Source: a virus (taxonomy: Duplodnaviria; Heunggongvirae; Uroviricota; Caudoviricetes). From it: DNA of 4,106 nucleotides. Below the pieces are notes generated by a model. The model had not been told where the DNA came from. It searched no databases and saw only the letters and a program-made list of their open reading frames with translations. The DNA is taken from positions 1 through 4,106 of IMG/VR virus record IMGVR_UViG_2711768072_000013. The stretch is one strand, 5' to 3'. Positions 1 through 4,106 of this stretch are shown here, in pieces (the first letter of the stretch is position 1; every line of letters begins with the position of its first letter). The position numbers were made by a program, and so were the translations under genes.

Positions 1-1842
1 CACTATGATGTTGTCAGGGCGGCGTCGCCGTCAGACCTTGCGGAAAAGCTGACACACAAACTGAAAGAGGGCTGGCAGCCATATGGCGGACCGGTTGCCA
101 TTACGCCGTACACACTGATGCAGGCGGTGGCTATTGAAGGAGATCCACAGGTCGGCCCTTCATCTGAGCCGGACTGGTTCTACGTGGTTGTGCTTGCCGG
201 ACAGTCCAACGGCATGGCCTACGGTGAAGGGCTTCCGTTACCGGATTCTTACGATGCTCCGGATCCGCGCATTAAACAGCTGGCGCGCCGCAGCACGGTA
301 ACTCCGGGTGGAGAGAGTTGTACGTATAACGACATCATCCCGGCTGACCACTGTCTGCATGATGTGCAGGATATGAGTACGCTGAATCATCCGAAGGCAG
401 ACCTGAGCAAAGGGCAGTACGGCTGTGTCGGCCAGGGCTTACATATTGCCAAAAAACTGCTTCCGTATATCCCGAATAACGCGGGGATCCTGCTGGTACC
501 ATGCTGTCGTGGTGGTTCTGCATTCACCCAGGGCGCTGAGGGGACATTCAGTGCGGACACGGGGGCCAGCCAGGATTCGGCACGCTGGGGTGTGGGTAAA
601 CCGTTATATCAGGACCTGATTGCGCGCACTAAAGCTGCATTACAGAAGAACCCGAAAAATGTGTTGCTGGCGGTGTGCTGGATGCAGGGAGAGTTTGACA
701 TGAGCGCCGCCACCTACGCACAGCAACCTGCGCTGTTTACAGCCATGCTGAAGCAGTTTCGTGCTGACCTCACTGTGTTTAACGCGCAGTGTCATGGTGG
801 CAGTGCTGTAAATGTGCCGTGGATTTGTGGTGACACGACGTATTACTGGAAAAATACATACGCTACCCAGTACGACACCGTGTACGGCGGGTATAAAAAC
901 AGGGAGAGTGAGGGCGTTTATTTTGTGCCCTTCATGACAGACGGTAACGGCGTCAATACCGCCACTAACGCGCCGGCAGAAGATCCGGATATTCCGGCAT
1001 CAGGATATTACGGTGCGGCATCGAGAACGAATGGAAACCAGGTATCATCAAACCGCCCGACACATTTCAGTTCATGGGCGCGCAGGAGCATTATTCCGGA
1101 TCGTCTGGCAACTGCTATTCTGAACGTAGCCGGGCGCACCTCAGCCTTCATCAGTGGTAAGGCACCGGAAATCAAACCCTCGCCCGGCGGCGACACGCCA
1201 TCGGGTCCGTCTGCAGATACGTCCGTTCGCACAATCTCCCTGCTGCCGACAGCCGGAGAGGCTGCTGCGCAGGGCTGGACCATTAAGGACGGCGGAATTC
1301 AGTTGTCGGGTGGTGTATTTAAGATCGCCAAGCAGAGCAATAAAACCTGGGCCCTGACGCGCCCGGTGGATGACGCAGTCTCCCTGCTGACACGGGGTGG
1401 CAGACTGAGCTGTAAGTTTCGACTGTCAGGCGCACTGACCAACAATCAGTTCGGTCTGGGAATTTATCTGTATACCGATGTAGCGTTACCTGACGTCGTG
1501 GCGATGACCGGGACTGGTAACCCGTTCCTGATGTCGTTCTTCACCCAGACCACAGACGGCAAACTGAATCTGATGCATCACAAGAAAGCAGGAAACACAA
1601 AGTTGGGCGAGTTCGGGAATTACAGTAACGACTGGCAGACGCTGGAGCTGGTGTTCACCGCCGGCAGTGCCACGGTTACTCCGAAACTGAATGGAGTGGC
1701 TGGCCCGGCATTCCAGGTCATAAAAGACAGTCTGACACTGGGGCTGAATGCGCTGACGCTGACGGATATTACCAAAAATGCAGCGTATGGCGTTGAGATA
1801 GAAAGTCTGGTGCTGGAGATAAATGCACCGGCATCATCATAA
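1..1842 (+). CDS. nanS-p: NanS-p-like prophage sialate 9-O-acetylesterase, 5'-partial. Esterase domain followed by a Pro/Ser/Gly-rich linker and a C-terminal putative carbohydrate-binding domain.
   Basis: Frame 1 is open from base 1 with no stop, so the ATG at 118 is internal and the true start lies upstream of the window. GQSN motif (VVVLAGQSNGMAYGEG; Ser codon at 205-207) matches the catalytic serine block of SASA/SGNH-type sialate O-acetylesterases. A linker (KAPEIKPSPGGDTPSGPSADTS, ~1160-1220) separates it from a ~200-aa C-terminal domain. Large esterase ORF directly upstream of the holin matches the arrangement recalled for EHEC lambdoid/Stx prophages. Stop TAA at 1840-1842. Confidence 0.75.
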   Translation, partial: HYDVVRAASPSDLAEKLTHKLKEGWQPYGGPVAITPYTLMQAVAIEGDPQVGPSSEPDWFYVVVLAGQSNGMAYGEGLPLPDSYDAPDPRIKQLARRSTVTPGGESCTYNDIIPADHCLHDVQDMSTLNHPKADLSKGQYGCVGQGLHIAKKLLPYIPNNAGILLVPCCRGGSAFTQGAEGTFSADTGASQDSARWGVGKPLYQDLIARTKAALQKNPKNVLLAVCWMQGEFDMSAATYAQQPALFTAMLKQFRADLTVFNAQCHGGSAVNVPWICGDTTYYWKNTYATQYDTVYGGYKNRESEGVYFVPFMTDGNGVNTATNAPAEDPDIPASGYYGAASRTNGNQVSSNRPTHFSSWARRSIIPDRLATAILNVAGRTSAFISGKAPEIKPSPGGDTPSGPSADTSVRTISLLPTAGEAAAQGWTIKDGGIQLSGGVFKIAKQSNKTWALTRPVDDAVSLLTRGGRLSCKFRLSGALTNNQFGLGIYLYTDVALPDVVAMTGTGNPFLMSFFTQTTDGKLNLMHHKKAGNTKLGEFGNYSNDWQTLELVFTAGSATVTPKLNGVAGPAFQVIKDSLTLGLNALTLTDITKNAAYGVEIESLVLEINAPASS

Positions 1843-1927
1843 AAAGTGAGCCAGTCAAATGGAAGGTATCGTTAAACTCACCGGTAGTGTCAGTGGGTCG
1901 TCTGAGATGCCTGCATGAGTTATCAGA

Positions 1928-1957
1928 GCCATCAGTACTTAACTGGTGGCTTTTTTT
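1928..1957 (+). terminator. Rho-independent terminator-like hairpin between the esterase gene and the holin
   Basis: GCCATCAG (1928-1935) pairs with CTGGTGGC (1943-1950) as an 8-bp stem with one G-U wobble and a 7-nt loop, followed immediately by TTTTTTT (1951-1957). It sits in the 150-bp intergenic gap ahead of the holin RBS. Confidence 0.45.
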
Positions 1958-1992
1958 ATTGTTGTCAGCTTCCGGATAACGGGAGACGGGGT

Positions 1993-2208
1993 ATGTACCA
2001 GATGGAAAAAATCACAACAGGTGTGTCATACACCACGTCAGCGGTGGGAACGGGCTACTGGTTCCTGCAGTTGCTGGACAGGGTTTCCCCGTCTCAGTGG
2101 GCGGCAATAGGCGTGCTGGGGAGTCTGCTGTTTGGGCTGCTGACATATCTGACTAACCTGTATTTCAAAATCAGAGAGGACCGTCGTAAGGCTGCACGGG
2201 GAGAGTAA
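1993..2208 (+). CDS. S: Class II holin (phage 21 S-type pinholin), 71 aa, with dual-start antiholin/holin motif
   Basis: Translation [71 protein letters not shown] closely resembles recalled S21 / 933W S holins: two TM segments and a charged C-terminus. GGAGA at 1982-1986 lies 6 nt upstream of ATG 1993, with a second in-frame ATG at 2002 (M-Y-Q-M). The ORF-track start at 1915 would make the terminator hairpin coding and is rejected. Confidence 0.9.
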   Translation: MYQMEKITTGVSYTTSAVGTGYWFLQLLDRVSPSQWAAIGVLGSLLFGLLTYLTNLYFKIREDRRKAARGE

Positions 2209-2212
2209 TTCA

Positions 2213-2563
2213 ATGACTCAAAACTATGAACTGATTGTGAAAGGGATCCGCAATTTTGAGAATAAAGTTACGGTAACTTTAGCGTTACGGGACAAAAAAC
2301 GCTTTGACGGTGAAATTTTAGACCTGGACATCTCGCTGGACCGTGTTGAAGGTGCCGCGCTGGAGTTTTATGAGGCAGCAGCCAGAAGGAGCATCAGACA
2401 GGTCTTCCTGGATGTTGCTGCCGGGTTATGTGAAGGGGATGAGCAGTCGCCGGAAAAGCGCCCCGTAATTTTAGAGGCGCAGAATGTATGGATAACCTAC
2501 AAAGGAAAGCTACCAGGAAGAATTACTGGTTCTCTGAAGACTCCTCCGGAATCACAACCTTAA
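2213..2563 (+). CDS. Hypothetical soluble 116-aa protein inserted between holin and endolysin; likely DUF1327 (YdfR-like) family; function unknown
   Basis: ATG at 2213 lies 4 nt after the holin stop (TAA 2206-2208), with GGGGAGAG at 2194-2201 serving as SD, so it is translationally coupled to the holin. No hydrophobic segment. Codon usage looks AT-richer than the flanking genes by eye. Position between holin and lysozyme matches what I recall for ydfR in the E. coli K-12 Qin prophage; the family assignment is from memory, not a search. Confidence 0.65.
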   Translation: MTQNYELIVKGIRNFENKVTVTLALRDKKRFDGEILDLDISLDRVEGAALEFYEAAARRSIRQVFLDVAAGLCEGDEQSPEKRPVILEAQNVWITYKGKLPGRITGSLKTPPESQP

Positions 2564-2626
2564 GTCACTGACCGGAACAGATAAACCTGTCCGTGGGCAG
2601 AAACCGATAAATCCTGATAAATATCC

Positions 2627-3160
2627 ATGAACGCAAAAATCAGATACGGCCTGTCGGCTGCCGTTCTGGCGCTGATTGCCGCTGGTGCGCCTGCGCCTGA
2701 CATTCTCGACCAGTTTCTGGATGAAAAGGAAGGTAACCACACCACGGCATACCGTGATGGCGCGGGTATCTGGACCATCTGCCGCGGTGCCATCCTGGTG
2801 GATGGCAAACCTGTCGTTCCGGGCATGAAGTTGTCGAAGGAAAAATGCGACCGGGTTAACGCCATTGAGCGTGATAAGGCGCTGGCATGGGTGGAGAAAA
2901 ACATCAGAGTGCCATTGAGTGAACCCCAGAAAGCGGGGATCGCGTCATTCTGTCCGTACAACATTGGTCCCGGTAAGTGTTTCCCGTCGACGTTTTACAG
3001 ACGAATTAATGCTGGCGATCGCAGGGGAGCATGTGAGGCGATTCGCTGGTGGATTAAGGACGGTGGCAGAGACTGCCGTATTCGTTCAAATAACTGCTAT
3101 GGACAGGTCTCACGGCGTGACCAGGAGAGCGCGCTGGCGTGCTGGGGTATCGACAGATAA
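2627..3160 (+). CDS. R: SAR endolysin (signal-anchor-release lysozyme, T4-lysozyme/GH24 family), 177 aa
   Basis: N-terminal Gly/Ala-rich weakly hydrophobic segment (GLSAAVLALIAAGAPAP, residues ~8-24) is typical of a SAR domain. Catalytic spacing E35-(8)-D44-(5)-T50 in DEKEGNHTTAYRDGAGIWT matches the T4 lysozyme E-8-D-5-T triad. Near-identical to the recalled 933W/phage 21-type R. A pinholin paired with a SAR endolysin is the expected combination. Confidence 0.9.
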   Translation: MNAKIRYGLSAAVLALIAAGAPAPDILDQFLDEKEGNHTTAYRDGAGIWTICRGAILVDGKPVVPGMKLSKEKCDRVNAIERDKALAWVEKNIRVPLSEPQKAGIASFCPYNIGPGKCFPSTFYRRINAGDRRGACEAIRWWIKDGGRDCRIRSNNCYGQVSRRDQESALACWGIDR

Positions 3161-3248
3161 GCAGAATATTTTGCTGAAAATAAGGCATGGCCACGCGGGC
3201 GGATAACATGAAATCCTGCGAAGTGGCGAAACGTAAGTGAATAAAAGT

Positions 3249-3290
3249 AAAAACCCCGTTTGTTGGCAGCAAGCGGGGTTTTGTTTTTAT
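3249..3290 (+). terminator. Strong hairpin with 3' T-run (rho-independent terminator-like, possibly bidirectional) in the R-Rz spacer
   Basis: AAAACCCCG (3250-3258) pairs with CGGGGTTTT (3274-3282). The stem can extend inward (TTG 3260-3262 with CAA 3270-3272) around a 7-nt loop. It is followed by TTTTGTTTTT (3279-3288) and preceded by an A-run, so it could act on either strand. Confidence 0.5.
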
Positions 3291-3353
3291 GGCAGTAAGC
3301 TATGGGAGGCTGCCTTGATTGATTTTAGCAAACTGATTCGGGAGATTCGAGTG

Positions 3354-3452
3354 ATGGCTGAAAAATTATCCACCTGGAAGTTCATTCTTATCTGGCTGGT
3401 GTTTGTGATTATGGCCTCCGGTTATTTCATCGGTCAGATACGCTGGTGGTGA
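3354..3452 (+). CDS. Candidate 32-aa single-TM membrane peptide upstream of and translationally coupled to Rz (hypothetical)
   Basis: ATG at 3354 is preceded by GGGAGA (3341-3346) at 7-nt spacing. Product MAEKLSTWKFILIWLVFVIMASGYFIGQIRWW is one hydrophobic helix. Stop TGA (3450-3452) is 1 nt before the Rz ATG (3454). The longer ORF-track version starting at GTG 3237 would run through the terminator hairpin and is rejected. Confidence 0.35.
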   Translation: MAEKLSTWKFILIWLVFVIMASGYFIGQIRWW

Positions 3453-3453
3453 A

Positions 3454-3921
3454 ATGAACCGCGTACTGTGCGTGGTCATCATTGCCCTGCTGGTGGCCTG
3501 TGGTGCGCTTAGTCTGGGGCTGAATCATTACCGTGATAACGCCATAACCTACAAAGAGCAGCGCGATAAAAAAGTCAGTGAGCTGGAGCAGGCAAATGCA
3601 ACCATTACTGATATGCAGCAGCGCCAGCGTGATGTTGCTGCACTTGATGCCAGATACTCGAGGGAATTAGCCGATGCGAGAGCTGAAAATGAAACTCTGC
3701 GCGCTGACGTTGCCGCTGGTCGTAAGCGCCTGCGGATCAACGCCACCTGCCCCGGTACCGTGCGTGAAGCCCCCACCACCTCCGGCGTGGATAATGCAAC
3801 CGGCCCCCGACTGGCAGACACCGCTGAACGGGATTATTTCACTCTCAGAGAGCGGTTGATGCTGATGCAGAAGCAGCTGGAAGTGGCGCAGGAATATATC
3901 CGCACTCAGTGCCTGAAATAA
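3454..3921 (+). CDS. Rz: Rz i-spanin (inner-membrane spanin subunit), 155 aa
   Basis: N-terminal TM (VLCVVIIALLVACGALSLGL) followed by a coiled-coil-rich periplasmic domain. Blocks such as NHYRDNAITYK, ITDMQQRQRDVAALDA, VAAGRKRL, SGVDNA, PRLADTAERDYFTLRERL and MQKQLE closely match recalled lambda Rz. Confidence 0.9.
   Translation: MNRVLCVVIIALLVACGALSLGLNHYRDNAITYKEQRDKKVSELEQANATITDMQQRQRDVAALDARYSRELADARAENETLRADVAAGRKRLRINATCPGTVREAPTTSGVDNATGPRLADTAERDYFTLRERLMLMQKQLEVAQEYIRTQCLK
3674..3859 (+). CDS. Rz1: Rz1 o-spanin (outer-membrane lipoprotein spanin subunit), embedded in the +1 frame of Rz
   Basis: Lies entirely within Rz in another frame. Lipoprotein signal with lipobox LVVSAC|GS, and the proline-rich core CVKPPPPPAWIMQPAPDWQTPLNGIIS is near-identical to recalled lambda Rz1. 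True start may be ATG 3674 (GAGGGA upstream) or ATG 3689 (GAGAG 6 nt upstream). Confidence 0.85.
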   Translation: MRELKMKLCALTLPLVVSACGSTPPAPVPCVKPPPPPAWIMQPAPDWQTPLNGIISLSESG

Positions 3922-3949
3922 GTTTTGCTGATGCGCGGTATTGTCGCCG

Positions 3950-4014
3950 TATCCCCGCATTAACAGAGACCGCAGCCCGACCGGGAGACTCCTCTGCGCG
4001 AGTGTGCGGGGATA
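3950..4014. repeat. 10-bp perfect inverted repeat (TATCCCCGCA / TGCGGGGATA) flanking a 45-bp spacer with nested complementarity, in non-coding DNA after Rz
   Basis: TATCCCCGCA at 3950-3959 and its reverse complement TGCGGGGATA at 4005-4014. Nested CAGAG (3964-3968) / CTCTG (3992-3996). No ORF covers this region on either strand; all three minus-strand frames entering from the window end hit stops within ~90 nt. Confidence 0.3.
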
Positions 4015-4106
4015 ATCAAAAACGATACACACCGGGGTTTACCGCGTTAACGGAGCGCGGCGTTGTCCCCTCATAGTCGCCTGTCCGGTGCGATGGTGGA
4101 AGAAAC

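Noticed and set aside
118-120. ATG at 118 as the start of the large esterase gene
   Set aside because: The same frame is open from base 1 with no upstream stop, and the upstream residues read as part of the protein; the gene is 5'-truncated by the window edge.
1915-1992. N-terminal extension of the holin ORF (97-aa version starting at 1915)
   Set aside because: The extension would encode the terminator-like hairpin and T-run, has no SD, and the recalled homologs start at MYQMEKI; the true start is 1993 or 2002.
425-3206. Alternative-frame + strand ORFs 425-619, 1154-1357 and 2919-3206
   Set aside because: Embedded out-of-frame inside the esterase and endolysin genes with no RBS and Arg-rich translations; unlike Rz1 they show no lipobox, signal peptide or recalled homolog.
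3208-3240. 10-codon micro-ORF (MKSCEVAKRK) just upstream of the R-Rz hairpin, as a possible leader peptide
   Set aside because: Too short, with no SD and no attenuator-like alternative structures visible; likely chance.
3237-3353. 71-aa ORF starting at GTG 3237
   Set aside because: Its 5' part runs through the strong hairpin and T-run at 3249-3290 and has no RBS; only the 3' part from ATG 3354 is plausible.
335-4032. Minus-strand ORFs 335-523, 1008-1283, 2552-2740, 2560-2964, 3054-3272, 3549-3821 and 3667-4032
   Set aside because: All lie antisense within well-supported + strand genes, have no recognisable motifs and low-complexity Arg/Ser/Pro-rich translations typical of antisense frames in GC-moderate coding DNA.
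1-4106. Shiga toxin genes, tRNA genes, CRISPR array or IS element within the window
   Set aside because: No A/B-subunit-like ORFs, no cloverleaf-compatible tRNA candidates, no spaced direct-repeat array and no transposase ORF or terminal inverted repeats were seen; stx, if present, would lie upstream of the window.

Overview
This window is the late/lysis region of a lambdoid (Stx-phage-like) enterobacterial prophage, with every supportable gene on the + strand. It holds the 3' ~1.8 kb of a large NanS-p-type sialate O-acetylesterase gene (5' end outside the window), a terminator-like hairpin, then a lysis cassette: phage-21-type class II holin (pinholin) with a dual-start motif, a 116-aa soluble protein inserted between holin and endolysin (recalled as DUF1327/YdfR-like), a SAR-type T4-lysozyme-family endolysin, a ~290-bp spacer with a strong hairpin and a candidate 32-aa membrane peptide, and Rz with Rz1 embedded in the +1 frame. 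All protein identifications rest on recall of known phage proteins and motifs read from the translations; no database search was run. I see no convincing evidence of a novel multi-gene system. The points worth a second look are the two small insertions inside the lysis cassette (the 116-aa gene and the hairpin plus mini-ORF before Rz) and the structured non-coding DNA after Rz. No rRNA, tRNA, CRISPR array or transposase was seen.
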